In this document: positions 1 through 11,947 of the stretch, piece after piece
Layout of the letters: every line of letters begins with the position of its first letter
Numbering within the stretch: the first letter of the stretch is position 1
DNA from: Patellaria atrata CBS 101060
Taxonomy: Eukaryota
DNA: 64,000 nt
Direction: 5' to 3'
Assembly (NCBI GenBank): GCA_010093705.1
Contig: MU006104.1
Location: 1 to 64,000, forward strand
Notes under the pieces: model-generated
What the model saw: the letters and a program-made list of their open reading frames with translations, nothing else
What the model was told of the DNA's origin: nothing
Database searches by the model: none
Translations under genes and position numbers: made by a program

Positions 1-3000
1 GCAGATATTGATAAAGCCTTAAAACCACGTCAGAGGTTAGACCCTAAGACAAAATTACCACCTCAATATTTTCCTTGGCTGAAGGTATTCGACCATTTCC
101 TAGCAGAGAAGCTACCTCCTTGTCGGAAAGGTGTTGATTTGCATATTGAGATTGAAAAGGATCAGGATGGTAATGAGAAGGCGGTCCCGTGGGGCCCACT
201 TTATGGCATGGGTCGAGAAGAATTACTTGTTTTAAGGAAGACTCTTACTGAATTGTTAGGGAAGGACTTTATTAGAGCCAGCAACTCACCCGCTACGGCA
301 CCAGTGCTAATGGTAAAGAAGCCTAATAGAGGTATCCGATTCTGTGTTGATTATCGTGGACTGAATAACATTACAAAGAAAGATCGCTATCCCTTACCAT
401 TATTCAGCGAAACCCTAAGGAACGTTGCAAAGGCTCGATGGTTTACTAAACTCGACGTTATTGCCGCTTTTCATAAGATACGAATAGCCGAAGGGGAAGA
501 ATGGAAAACCGCTTTCCGGACAAGATATGGACTTTTCGAGTGGAAAGTTGTTCCCTTTAGATTAACTAGAGCACCTGCGGCATTTCAAAGATACCTGAAT
601 AGCATTCTTCAAGATTATCTAGACGATTTTGTCTCAGCATATGTAGATGATATTCTTATCTACTCATCAGGAACCCTTAAAGACCACCGAAATAAAGTTG
701 GAAAGATTCTTCAACGGCTAATGGACGCCGGACTACAGATCGATATTGAAAAGTGCGAATTTGAGACTAAAAGGGTCAAATATCTTGGGTTTATTATTGA
801 AGCTGAAACTGGGATCCGCGTTGACCCTGAAAAGATTGTTGCAATACGGGAGTGGGCCACACCGTCATCCGTCAAGACAGTTCGAGGGTTTATAGGGTTT
901 GCAAACTTCTATCGGACTTTTATACCTGAGTTCTCGGATATTGCAAGGCCTCTTACAGATCTTACAAAGAGGGACGTCCCCTTTCGATGGGATAAGCCTT
1001 GTGATGAAGCATTTGAAAAGATAAAGGAGTTACTTATCACCGCACCTATCTTAGCTCACTTTGACCCAGATATGGAGACACTAATAGAAGCCGACTCGTC
1101 TGGTTATGCTACTGGTGGTTTACTTTTGCAGAAAGATAAGGCAGGTATCTGGAAACCCGTTGCGTATCATTCAAAAAAGCATTCTTCTACTGAAGCCAAT
1201 TACCCAATTCATGATAAGGAATTACTTGCTATTATAAGGTGCTTAGAAGCCTGGGAACCGGAGCTACATATGGTTAAGCACTTCACCATTTTGACTGATC
1301 ATAAGAATTTAAGGTACTTCTACACAGAGAAGCAGCTATCCGAGAGACAAGTACGATGGTCAGAGTTTCTTGCAAGATTTAATTTCACTCTGGAATGGAA
1401 ACCAGGAACAAGTATGGGTAAACCTGATGCGCTATCACGTCGTGAACAGGACCTTCCAAATAACTATAACGACGAAAGGCTACGATCACGTTTTATACAA
1501 CTCTTCCAGAACAAACATCTTAAGAGCACTAGAGTCCTAAATATAAATGCTCTATCAGCTAAAGTTGACTTCTCTAAAGAAGTACCACTCTTTGAGAACG
1601 AAGAGATGCAACAGCTCTGGCACCAAAGCCGACAGGAAGACCAGCTCTACCAGGAGTTGACAGTTCTAGTGGCAAATGAAGGACGAGACCTACCAACAAC
1701 GCTTCAAAAGGAGAAGTCTGTAAGTATTACCGAGTGTACTTTAGAGGATAGAGGCTTGCTACAATTTCGTGGAAGAATCTGGATTCCTGGTAGTGAACCA
1801 TTGCGTACTCGTATAATCCAAAACATTCACGACTCTCACATTACTGGACACCCTGGAAGAGACCTTACTTATACCATTCTATCAAGGCAATTCTTCTGGC
1901 CAGGTGCTGCAAGCAATGTTCGACAGTTCGTCCGGAATTGTGAAGTATGTGGAAGAAACACCATTTGGAGAGAGTCGAAGAAAGGGCTCCTCAAGCCACT
2001 ACCGATACCAGAACGCATTTGGGGAGAGATCTCAATTGATTTTATCACCGACTTACCACCGTCTGGACGGGACAATGCTACAAACTGCATGGTAGTCACT
2101 GATCGACTAACGAAAGGAGTTGAGTTAGAAAGTATGCACGATATCTCCTCTGAAAAGGTTGCACAAAGACTCTTTGAACGCCACTACCCTGTTCATGGTA
2201 TCCCCAACGCAATCACAAGCGATAGAGGCCCACAGTTCGTTAGTGACCTATGGAGACATTTCTGCACGCTTTTGAAGATTAAGCAGCGCTTATCAACTGC
2301 ATATCATCCTCAGACGGATGGCGCAACAGAACGAATGAACCAAGAGATTGAGAAGATGATTCGCATTTGGGCAACTTACATGCAGGAGAATTGGTCGGAA
2401 CTACTACCGATTGTCATGGGAGGAATCAATAATCGAGAGTCTTCATCGACTGGACTGAGCCCCTTCTTCTTCATGCATGGATATCATAATGAGCCAATCC
2501 AACTTGTAGAAGAACGCACTATCCGGGATCGAACAAGGAAAGATGGTGAGGTGCTAGCAGAAGACTTTATTAAAAGACTTCAAGATGCAACAGAATGGGC
2601 TCAAGCTGCCATAGCGATGGCACAAGAAAAGCAACAACACTATGCTAATAAAACTAGAATAGCTTCCCCGAGATATAAAGAAGGCGATTGGGTGTTTTTG
2701 AACTTGAAGAATGTCAAAACCCCAAGACCGTCAAAGAAGCTGGATTGGTTGCACTCGAAGTATCAAGTTGTTAAGCAGGTGAATTCTCACTCATACCAAC
2801 TCAACGTCCCTGGAAAGATCCACCCAGTATTCCATGTAGACCTACTACATCCAGTACCAAGTGATCCCCTACCATCACAACAAGTTAGTGATTCTCAGCC
2901 GGGCCCACTATTGATAGATGGGGAACAGGTATGGCTGGTAGAACGAATTATAGATGAAAGACTTACAAGAGCTGGAAGGAAAAATATCAAGGAAGCTAAG

Positions 3001-3126
3001 GTGAAATGGGTTGACTACGTAGAGCCAACTTGGGAACCAGTTGAAAATGTCCGCAAGACAGATGCCTGGAAGCTATGGGTCAAAATTCAAAAACGTCAAA
3101 AGGCCAGGAATATAGACAAATCTTAG
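1..3126 (+). CDS. pol: Gypsy Pol polyprotein (partial; frame is open from base 1): RT, RNase H, integrase, chromodomain
   Basis: RT motifs RFCVDYRGLN and YVDDILIYS; RNase H EADSSGYATG, YPIHDKELLAI and TDHKNL; integrase HHCC (HDSHITGH...CEVC) and DDE (DFITDLP, SDRGPQF, ERMNQ); C-terminal chromodomain WLVERIIDER...VKWVDY..PTWEP. Confidence 0.95.
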   Translation, partial: ADIDKALKPRQRLDPKTKLPPQYFPWLKVFDHFLAEKLPPCRKGVDLHIEIEKDQDGNEKAVPWGPLYGMGREELLVLRKTLTELLGKDFIRASNSPATAPVLMVKKPNRGIRFCVDYRGLNNITKKDRYPLPLFSETLRNVAKARWFTKLDVIAAFHKIRIAEGEEWKTAFRTRYGLFEWKVVPFRLTRAPAAFQRYLNSILQDYLDDFVSAYVDDILIYSSGTLKDHRNKVGKILQRLMDAGLQIDIEKCEFETKRVKYLGFIIEAETGIRVDPEKIVAIREWATPSSVKTVRGFIGFANFYRTFIPEFSDIARPLTDLTKRDVPFRWDKPCDEAFEKIKELLITAPILAHFDPDMETLIEADSSGYATGGLLLQKDKAGIWKPVAYHSKKHSSTEANYPIHDKELLAIIRCLEAWEPELHMVKHFTILTDHKNLRYFYTEKQLSERQVRWSEFLARFNFTLEWKPGTSMGKPDALSRREQDLPNNYNDERLRSRFIQLFQNKHLKSTRVLNINALSAKVDFSKEVPLFENEEMQQLWHQSRQEDQLYQELTVLVANEGRDLPTTLQKEKSVSITECTLEDRGLLQFRGRIWIPGSEPLRTRIIQNIHDSHITGHPGRDLTYTILSRQFFWPGAASNVRQFVRNCEVCGRNTIWRESKKGLLKPLPIPERIWGEISIDFITDLPPSGRDNATNCMVVTDRLTKGVELESMHDISSEKVAQRLFERHYPVHGIPNAITSDRGPQFVSDLWRHFCTLLKIKQRLSTAYHPQTDGATERMNQEIEKMIRIWATYMQENWSELLPIVMGGINNRESSSTGLSPFFFMHGYHNEPIQLVEERTIRDRTRKDGEVLAEDFIKRLQDATEWAQAAIAMAQEKQQHYANKTRIASPRYKEGDWVFLNLKNVKTPRPSKKLDWLHSKYQVVKQVNSHSYQLNVPGKIHPVFHVDLLHPVPSDPLPSQQVSDSQPGPLLIDGEQVWLVERIIDERLTRAGRKNIKEAKVKWVDYVEPTWEPVENVRKTDAWKLWVKIQKRQKARNIDKS

Positions 3127-3144
3127 AGAGAGAGAGGAGGGGGG
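3125..3144 (+). other. Polypurine tract of the retrotransposon
   Basis: AGAGAGAGAGAGGAGGGGGG at the pol stop, 3 nt before TGTAAC. Confidence 0.85.
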
Positions 3145-3147
3145 TAA

Positions 3148-3493
3148 TGTAACAGGCTAGAGCCTAGTGGTATGAGCGCGCCCTGCATCCGAAGATCAGC
3201 CAGTAATATTTTCCTCAAACCTGCCTTCAGACTCTTCTCTTCTTCTTTATCTTGATTGTAGATAGCATCTGGACTAGATAGTTGGAACACAATTACTAGA
3301 GGCCGCTCACATATAGGGAGTTGCGCTATAGCTGGAATGCTGTATGCGCAGTATTGTAATAATACAATACAATGGAATAAAAAAAAAGGGTAGACCACTA
3401 CCAGGAGCATCAACCCCCAACAGCCCGTCGCGATAGAAGATACCATACTACTGATCTCCACGATAGGAGGCCTCTCTCCCTACCTATGGTACA
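3148..3493 (+). repeat. Putative 3' LTR (~346 bp)
   Basis: Starts TGTAAC right after the PPT, contains an AATAAA/A-run near 3376, and has a plausible end GGTACA (imperfect inverted terminus). The end cannot be confirmed without the 5' LTR. Confidence 0.65.
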
Positions 3494-6267
3494 ACTGGAC
3501 GTACTAAAGGACCTGCTAGCCTACCTACTACATCACCAACCGTACTGTATAGAGAGACCTGATCTCATTGAACGTTGCGTCGGTTGCTTAGCCCAAAAAC
3601 TGCCAGCAAGCATTGTCTCATAGCTGGATACAAAACCCCATCCCCTTTAGTAGTTGTTCGGCAAGCATACAAGCCAACCGTAATCGTGGCGCAGATAGAA
3701 CAACAAGCGAAAGTTGAGGCGCGAGACATCAAAGCCTATTGCACCGCCACTCCTTCATGTAACAAAAGCACTCTACATTAGTACAAGATCTACGATGTAA
3801 CAAACCGAAACAGGAAATACATTTCCCAACCAGAAGCTCACCAGACCGATGTCAATTGAAACATGTCACAACACCATTATAAAGCAATTGGCCTTCGATC
3901 GGGAGACAAATGACGGCATCCGAAGGTACCGCCTCGTACGGGTAGCCGCATGGATAGAAAAGCAGGTAGCCGTGACCGAAAACGCCTCGCCGCTGAATAA
4001 GGCATACTCTGAGACCCGAATAGGAGAGACTCGCCTTGACCGCTTTAAAGTCACCAACGTGCAATTGTGCCAGTATCTGTACAGATGTTGGCTGTGATGA
4101 TCTCTTTATCACCGGCCAGTTGTGGGATTACGACGAGTCTACGTGGGAATAGAATCGTGTCATACTTTCCTAGGAATTGTGCCGACGGGCCTGGGATGGG
4201 CCCATGACATTTACCTGTGCCTGTGTCCGAATGTTTCAGGCATAAGAAGGGAGTTGTTTTGTGTGGGGGTTGAGTACTTTTCTTAATGTATTTGCGTGAA
4301 AGATCCATATGGTACGTACATACATATAAGAAGTTGCCGTAGGAAAACGTGGACAAGAGGAGTCCAACCATCAAGAACAAAGATGTCATTTTTCGGTCAG
4401 CAACAATAAGATATCGCGGTGTGATGTGTGGGGGATTCTGAATTCATGTCGGCTGAGACTAGTATACAGTAGAGGTAAGGTCACTGACAGACTTGGCAGA
4501 AACCAGACTAGCGGGTAGAAATATCGGACAGGGGTACGTTTCCATTATCGGAGACAGATATAGAAGCGTGAAGCAAGATATTGGTGATATTCTCAGGAAG
4601 AGTGATACGGAAGACGCCGGTTATCCTGAGAAGAGACATATGACACAGTTCTGTTAAATGTGTTGCAGCCGTAAAGGGATGGGAAAATGCCAATCATAAC
4701 GAGTAAAACCTTATCGTACTTTTAGACCAAAGGAAAGACGTTACACTCAAAAACGTGAAAGGTGCTGCAAGGCTTCGCTTTAAGAGTGTTACACAGCCAT
4801 CCCACTGTTTATAAGTGGGAGATATCCAAAAAAAATTAATTGTCAAATTGAATTAAATAACGATACCAACTAGATTGGCCGAAGAAGGCTGAAGGATTGA
4901 AAGTGGGTCTTTCCGGTGTGCCGTAGAAAGAGGAATTTCAAGATTCTGCAGTTGGAACTTGCAGTTAAAAAATTCAGACGGGATCGCCGCTGCACGAAAC
5001 GTCAAGTACCTTTTCATGCATATGCGAACTGGCAGTTGCGGTGCTTGTGGTGGTAAATCGGATGTTGTGGTAAATCGAATGATAGACGTGAAGGATTTCA
5101 GATCCGTCTCCACTCGCTGCGAGTAATAGAGTTATTGTTTGAGATGCGCGGACAAACAAAATCAGGGCGACCAATTACACTAATTGTTCCCTCAGGAACA
5201 GTATGACGTTTAACAGTAGCGCGCAGGCCATGATGCACAGTGTAGCTTGAACCTGAAGTGGATGCAGCGTGGAGGTCGAAATACTGGAGCTAATAGCAGC
5301 TGAGCTCCCGCTTGGGATTCTGCGCTGAGCGATTTAGGGCCAATTGCCAAAGCTATATGTAGCTTAAGTACATATGCATCTGTAGAAAAGGGTATGCTCC
5401 TCTCATGTTCGATTGAGGTTATTGTTTCAGAGTGACGCTGCTTCCGTCCAGCGAAGGCTTGGAGTTTGGGTAGAGCTGTCGCTGTGGTCGGTTACATTCG
5501 GTATTATGTCCCACTGCGTCGGCAGTTTGAGAGAAGTCGAGCTGAAGGAAACCCGCAACCAGTCCTATAAGGTAACCGTCAGAGTACGCTAAACCGGTGT
5601 TCCCCATCCGATGTAGTTGGATTTGACAGAGTTGGACTAAAAAGATCACTTGGAAAAGTGAAACCGGGATGCCAGGATAGCATTTTGACCGGTTGTTATT
5701 CACTTACACCCTCATCGGAACAGTCCCACGTCCCCGTGAAGCTTAACCATCTCATTAAGGCGGTCACTGTTAGAATTGACACAGGGAGCTTCGCCTTACC
5801 TTTGTAAGGGGTTGTGACACGTCGTCCTGGAAGCTGTGACGTGGTTTGAATGCGGTGAGTTGCTGCTACTAGTAATGAGAGGATTCGTAAGTCATGGGGT
5901 GAGATGCTGGAGAAAGACATATACTCGGTGTTGTTGTATAGATGGGTTGACACAAGATATAAAACAGTGTTTGCTTCATCCATTGACCTACTTTCATCTT
6001 GAATCTTTTGATCAGATACCATCAATTGTATCATCCTTGTCTAGTGTAACTGGAGCTTTGAACAGCCTTACACTCTCAGACTAGCATCGTACACCCTACT
6101 GCAATTACACAATCTTCAAAGTCATATCCGGTAAAAGGTGTGTTGTCTCTCGGTGTTCTCAATACACTATCCTTGCTCTTGATCTAGTACCCTCTTCTAA
6201 CAAGTAAATCTTTCTAGGATTGAGATAGTTTGTTGAGAGCTTAGACCGTGTAAATCTTCGGCCCGAT

Positions 6268-6990
6268 ATGTCACGTTTCGAGAACAACATTCCCTATGTT
6301 CCAGAGGCGAGCTCTAGCCCACAGCTGCCCACAGACCCTCGTCCTCCCCAGCGGAACGAAACAATTTGTGGATGCCGGTGCAGGTACAACGTCAGTCAAG
6401 GTGAAGGTGATGGCTTGTCCGAAGTGCAAGGTGCTCCGAGTCGCATGCTCAACAAGGAGCATAACGATGGAGGTACCTTCATCGATCAAGACTACCAACG
6501 GGGCGAACAAGGCGCAAATGGGGTACCAGGTGCGACTAAGTTAAGCACTGAAGTAGGCTTAAGCTTCCAAGAAGGAAATTTCGAGGAAGATGAGGATATA
6601 AACTATGATGTGGGCTCTTTGGATGACGGCGGTTATCGTCGTTATCTTGAAGAATTCGATCCAGAGCGTACATACTTCACACGGTTTGCGTTTGTAGCGC
6701 AGGACCGCTCCGATAGTCCCGATTCGATGACAGTGGAGGTCAGCGGGAGTGGTTCCAACACCCTGGCTAATTCGGAACTGTTCAGCAACGACAGCGAGTC
6801 CCCTTGGAGCTCTTGCCACTTACTACACTGCATCGGTGGAGGGTTCGAGGCATCCTTGCCAGCAGGATTCACAAGTCCTCCTCTTTGTCTAGTCCCACAG
6901 GTTCGGTCCCACACAGGACTCTTGTTCAACGAGACGCCGATGTTCCCGGAAGATATTGATAACGAGGACTATGATAAATTGGTAATTTGA
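6268..6990 (+). CDS. Hypothetical acidic low-complexity protein (orphan ORF)
   Basis: 240-codon ATG-started ORF, D/E-rich; no domain recognised. Confidence 0.35.
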   Translation: MSRFENNIPYVPEASSSPQLPTDPRPPQRNETICGCRCRYNVSQGEGDGLSEVQGAPSRMLNKEHNDGGTFIDQDYQRGEQGANGVPGATKLSTEVGLSFQEGNFEEDEDINYDVGSLDDGGYRRYLEEFDPERTYFTRFAFVAQDRSDSPDSMTVEVSGSGSNTLANSELFSNDSESPWSSCHLLHCIGGGFEASLPAGFTSPPLCLVPQVRSHTGLLFNETPMFPEDIDNEDYDKLVI

Positions 6991-8964
6991 TGGATTTAAA
7001 GGGGTGACAACGGAGTACAGACTATTCAGCAAAGCAACAAATGATTGACTGGGTTTAGTGTATGGGTGTATTGCGATATCCCAAAATCCCAACTTTCCTT
7101 CCTGTAGGCATATATTTTCATGTACTCTGGGGTCATAGGAGTTTCCGGAGCATTTGTAGTGACAGGTGATTGGGAGGACTCTTTCTTTTGCGCGATTTTC
7201 ACTGTTCCTTCATGTCTTATGAACAATGTCATGATAGTCTAGGGTTGATATGAATGAAGTTTATATCGGAGAGTTCCTTGAGAAATGACGATTAACTTAC
7301 TCTTGAATGAGATATCGTAGCACACTGTTTAGTTGAATGACAATATAAGCTTCTGCAATATCTTGTACTCATCAATATTTTGATGAATAGACGTAGAAAG
7401 TCAGCAGCGCGTCTTCCATACTTCTAGCACGAGTTGCAGGGAAAACATGATGAATCTGGGGAATAAGCAATCAATCATATCGAGCTCAAAGCTTATGAGC
7501 AAGGTAAATTGGCGATCTTGCAATTGACTTGGAATCGGAAGTATGAGCGATTAATATGATGAAGGAGTTGGAAAAGACGGAAGAGTTCAAATGGCAAAAC
7601 AATTGAAAAGTGCAGCATGTGGCCCCGGTCAGCCGTAAATACCAGGGGGCTGACACTTCACTCTCAGGCATTGCCAGCTACGGTAAGGCGGGTAAGCCAA
7701 ATTTCGCAGCCACCACCGGGTGACACCGCGACGATCAGCTCCCGTCTGCTCTCATTCCTTGACCCTCTGCCCGTAAATGCTCGTAACCCCAATAAATAGA
7801 AAAAAAACTTCTCACGATACAAGAACCTGTTCCCCTTCTGACCTTCCATCTATTGTGATAAAACTATGCAGCAATTACTCTCTGGATTCCACGCCACTCT
7901 TAAGTTTGAAGACTTACCTACTCGTTCGTGTTATCTGACGCGACCAAGAGATTCTCGTCATCGTCCAAGGGGACTCCGGTGCATGGTACGTCTGCTACAA
8001 CCTTCCTAATTGCGTGCCTGATTCACCAGCTGCATTTCAGATGCTGGAGCTGATGGGTCACTGCGAAGCCGAAACCGTGCTTACACACTCTAAATGATAT
8101 CTTGGTCGTCTAACTTCTTAGTATAGGTCCCTTAAACTGCCTTCGCTCTCCTGTACACGTGTAATTCCTTCGCCCGTTTTCGTACCGTTGCCAGAAACAA
8201 CACTTTGTACGACATAGAAACGTTGCTCCAATAGCAAGATATCTAGCTTCTGTATCCGTTAGTTTGGATCCCTCGGACGTACTTGACTACCCGTAATCCT
8301 CGAACATTTTCTGCAACTCATCACAAGCTCTCTGTGTGCATCAATCGACTCACTGAACGCTTTGTGGGTTTCCTGGAGTGTATACCTTTTAGGTTCCGAA
8401 CAGTAGCGCCCGTAGCTCACCAGTCCGGCTCTGTAGCTAACTCCACAGTCACGTCACACGGGTGCAGTCGACTTAAGCGCAATTCGTATAAGGAATACTG
8501 GTCACTCACATGCAAAACCAAACGCTGTCACAAGCACATGCGGTAATTCTGAATTCGGTTTCATTATCTGTGGGGAAGATAGTCTGTTGAGATCCGCAAA
8601 CTCAACATATCATGTATGTACATATTGACCCTTAGAATAGTAAATATCCGACCGTTACTAAAGTATATTAGTCAATAAAGTGATTCAACCCTCTCAGTCT
8701 ATGTCCTTAGGAGTAAAGTCTTACTCTTACCGCCTCTGGTAAATATACTGCGTTCCGATTCTCTCCGTAAAATCTACACTGTGCGTAGCTTGGGTCTCTG
8801 CTTAAAGAAAGAGCTGTCCCGGATATTATACGTACACGCCGTGGTTTGGCAGAACGTAACGATTACCGAAGTCGAAAACATAGTAACCAGATTTGTACGC
8901 ATGTGAACTTGTAGAGTTCAGTAACGAAAGATCCAAGCAGAGCGTCATCGAATCTCAACCTATA

Positions 8965-11022
8965 ATGCAAGCTTCAACTACGCAAGAGATGGGGAATGAC
9001 TCTTTTCAGCAACCTACTACGCATTCGAACCCTGAAGCCATCGAAACAATGAGCAAGTCATCTTGTCCATCGGAAACAGAAGTGATAAATACTCCACTGA
9101 TTAGTACCCAACCATTTGTCTCAGAACCAATAGAATCTTCAGTGAAGAGAAGTAGGAGATTTATCCCGGAACCAGTGGGGATGACGATCAAAAGTACTCC
9201 GGGAATAATGGTGGAAACGATGGAAGTCACGGCAAAGAGTAGTCAGGGTAAGGAGGAAGATATTTCCACTACAAGGATACGTCGAAGGTTCGCTCCTGAA
9301 CCACTAGAGATTACTGTGCGCAGTAACCGAGTGAAAGGGGAGGGTAAAGACAGTTCAGCACCTGCTAAAGGGGAGGTGTCAGATGCAAGCTCAAAACCGA
9401 GAAGGAAATTTGCTCCTCAATTGATAGAAACGGCAAAACGTACGCGGAAGAGCGGTGACCGGATTCCGGCCGTATTGCCCACTGATAAGACGGAGGTCAC
9501 ACCCGGAACTGCGACCTCGCGAAGGGAAAGACTGCAACCGATACCGGAACGGCGAGGGCAGAATCCCACACAGAGTTCCCTTCAGCTTTTGGATCCAGCA
9601 TTACTTGAAGCAAGGAGACTCGGTTCATGTCCCTCCGCTAACCGCAGTTCCTCGCGTGCAAGCATACGGACGCCTTCATTTCGAGTTCCCGATTTAGAAC
9701 CAATCGAGTCATCAGAATCTGAAGAGTCTGCCCCTACTTCACCTGCAACGACACCACCATCTCGAGTATCCTCTTTCTTGAAGAAACAACCCGGTCAAGC
9801 CAAGGATGGAGCCGATAAACAGGTATCTGGATATCTATTAGAACTTGCGGCTAAAGCGGCGGAAGTGGAACTGAGGGAACAAGCAATGGCTGCATTCCCC
9901 AATGACGACTTCCATGAGCCAATCAATCATTTCGTCGACAGAGACTCAGAAGATGTTAGTGCGCGCACGTCAATGCATGACGAGGAGATATTCAAACTAG
10001 CCAGAAGATATTCAACTGCTGAAGCCAATACCATAAATTGGGAATTACGAGAGATGCTCAAGCATCAAGAGCAATTAGCAGAACAACGGAGAAAAGAGCA
10101 GGAAAGTAGTATAACCGGCGAACTCGATATCAGGAATTCCCCAGGACCCTGGAAACATCCAGGAGCACTATTTGCTCATGAAGGCGCCTCCGAGATATTG
10201 AGAAAACTCACTGGTGGTCCACAAGAAGACTCAGAGATCAACCAGATGCGTAAAGGTGCAAGACCGCCCATGTTAGGAGGTGACATTAAGTTTCCACGAT
10301 GTGCTTCGCCGGATCGAGCCAGGTTCGATGTCACTCAAGGCTGTGCTACCCTCCGTGCTCAGATGTGTTATCTGAGCGAACAATCAGCTCCACCATCACC
10401 AGAAGGTCTGTGGAACGGTAGTCAGCCGAGTCGTCCCCCGTCACTATGGTCTCAGGCCGGTAGTCGCGCTCCAAGTAACGGTGGTCTTTGGGGCGGTTGT
10501 TGTGCACCGGGTGAATCACCATTGCGGGGTCCAACAGGCCTAATGACTCCGCGGAGTGAACATGGAAATTCAATAGAAACAGGACGGTCTACGCCAGGAC
10601 TATTCCTTGCGCCTCTATCCCCACCTCAATCCCTTCATGATATATCGAGTCTGGAGGCAAGGTTACAGAAGGAGCAAGCTGTTGAGGACGAATTCGGTGA
10701 TTCCTTTATCACACAGGTGTACAACTATCTATCATTAGGTTATCCATCGATAGCCCGCGCATTTGACCACGAGCTTAGTAAGATCTCGCACTACTCTATC
10801 CGAGAGCTGCGACAGGACGATCATCTAGCGGAATCAAGAGGATACATTCGCTTAGGCGAAGCTGAATGCTCCCATTATTCCGATATCTCGGAGGAAACAT
10901 GCATGAGATGGAAAGCGTTGCGTCTCTATATTCGTGAATGGGCAAGGCAGCAACCGAGGATGGTGCCTGAACACGAGCCTGCGTGGGGAATGGCTGTCCG
11001 TAAGGGGAGCTGGGTGGCTTAG
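8965..11022 (+). CDS. Fungal hypothetical protein, largely disordered, with a structured C-terminal block
   Basis: Long intact ORF (first ATG 8965, in-frame stops just upstream of 8893); repeated RRFxPEP/RKFAPQL motifs; C-terminal block YNYLSLGYPSIARAFDHELSKIS...RWKALRLYIREWARQ...RKGSW. Confidence 0.8.
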   Translation: MQASTTQEMGNDSFQQPTTHSNPEAIETMSKSSCPSETEVINTPLISTQPFVSEPIESSVKRSRRFIPEPVGMTIKSTPGIMVETMEVTAKSSQGKEEDISTTRIRRRFAPEPLEITVRSNRVKGEGKDSSAPAKGEVSDASSKPRRKFAPQLIETAKRTRKSGDRIPAVLPTDKTEVTPGTATSRRERLQPIPERRGQNPTQSSLQLLDPALLEARRLGSCPSANRSSSRASIRTPSFRVPDLEPIESSESEESAPTSPATTPPSRVSSFLKKQPGQAKDGADKQVSGYLLELAAKAAEVELREQAMAAFPNDDFHEPINHFVDRDSEDVSARTSMHDEEIFKLARRYSTAEANTINWELREMLKHQEQLAEQRRKEQESSITGELDIRNSPGPWKHPGALFAHEGASEILRKLTGGPQEDSEINQMRKGARPPMLGGDIKFPRCASPDRARFDVTQGCATLRAQMCYLSEQSAPPSPEGLWNGSQPSRPPSLWSQAGSRAPSNGGLWGGCCAPGESPLRGPTGLMTPRSEHGNSIETGRSTPGLFLAPLSPPQSLHDISSLEARLQKEQAVEDEFGDSFITQVYNYLSLGYPSIARAFDHELSKISHYSIRELRQDDHLAESRGYIRLGEAECSHYSDISEETCMRWKALRLYIREWARQQPRMVPEHEPAWGMAVRKGSWVA

Positions 11023-11947
11023 TACTTTCATGTATTACCCGTCCCTTTCGAGCCTAATTAGTATTCAGGAGTTTTTCCCATTACGGTTCTGGGAACCTTG
11101 GGTGTGAATATACAATTTATTTTCATTAGTAAAAAATTCTTTTTGCGGTAACATTGGAGGACCCTATATTTCTTGACTGGAGTCAATGGTAGCGAAGAGC
11201 ATGACTCTTATCGAATTCACATTCTAGTTTTTATTAGCATAGTCCCAACTGCTATATCCATTGGTAGCAATTTATTCCGTATTAGAGAGAGAAATAGATA
11301 CCTAGTCACATACGAAGCAGAAAGCTCGTCTTCTCCAGAGCGTCAACCATTCAGATCTCAATGATATAATTGACTCAATTACAACAATTGTTGAATAACA
11401 CGTAAAAACCTCTCACTGTGTCATGTAGCACAATATTGTTCTATTTAGTCCTGCTGTGCTATTGTACTTTTCTATTGTGGTTGGGTGTGGCTGGGACAAT
11501 AGGGCACAAGGGGCAGCTGACAGCCTTACGGTAAGGAAATTCTCGCTTCACTTTGCTTCACTGCATAGCCGAAGTCATGCCGGTTCATCGTCATTGTTAA
11601 CTTCTACCTACAACTCTCCTGACTTCTTACTTACAACACAGCACCTCCTACGGTCACTCTGTTGAACTCACTGATACATCATCATCTATTTGCGATAGGA
11701 ATCTGCTCCTCGCTCGGCCATTGTCAAGCGGGCGCAGGTTACTAATCTCGGACGACTTCTAGCAAAGACTTCACGGTAGTCTTGTTCACAACGCTTTGTC
11801 ACATTGTTCACACAATCTCTTCTTCCAAAATTCTTTATTAAGCATACTTTATTCTAGACCGACTACGACCCTCGTTTATTTCATCTTACACTTCAACCTC
11901 CATTTATTCTCTGCCATCTCCAACAATTCAACCCTCCTTATCCAACC

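Larger units (their letters stand above)
1..3493 (+). mobile_element. Ty3/Gypsy chromovirus LTR retrotransposon, 3' portion (5' end outside the window)
   Basis: pol with RT, RNase H, integrase and chromodomain in Gypsy order, followed by a polypurine tract and a TG...CA LTR candidate. Confidence 0.95.

Noticed and set aside
3500..6200. Short ORFs and possible gene relics downstream of the LTR
   Set aside because: No recognisable domain or consistent splice model.
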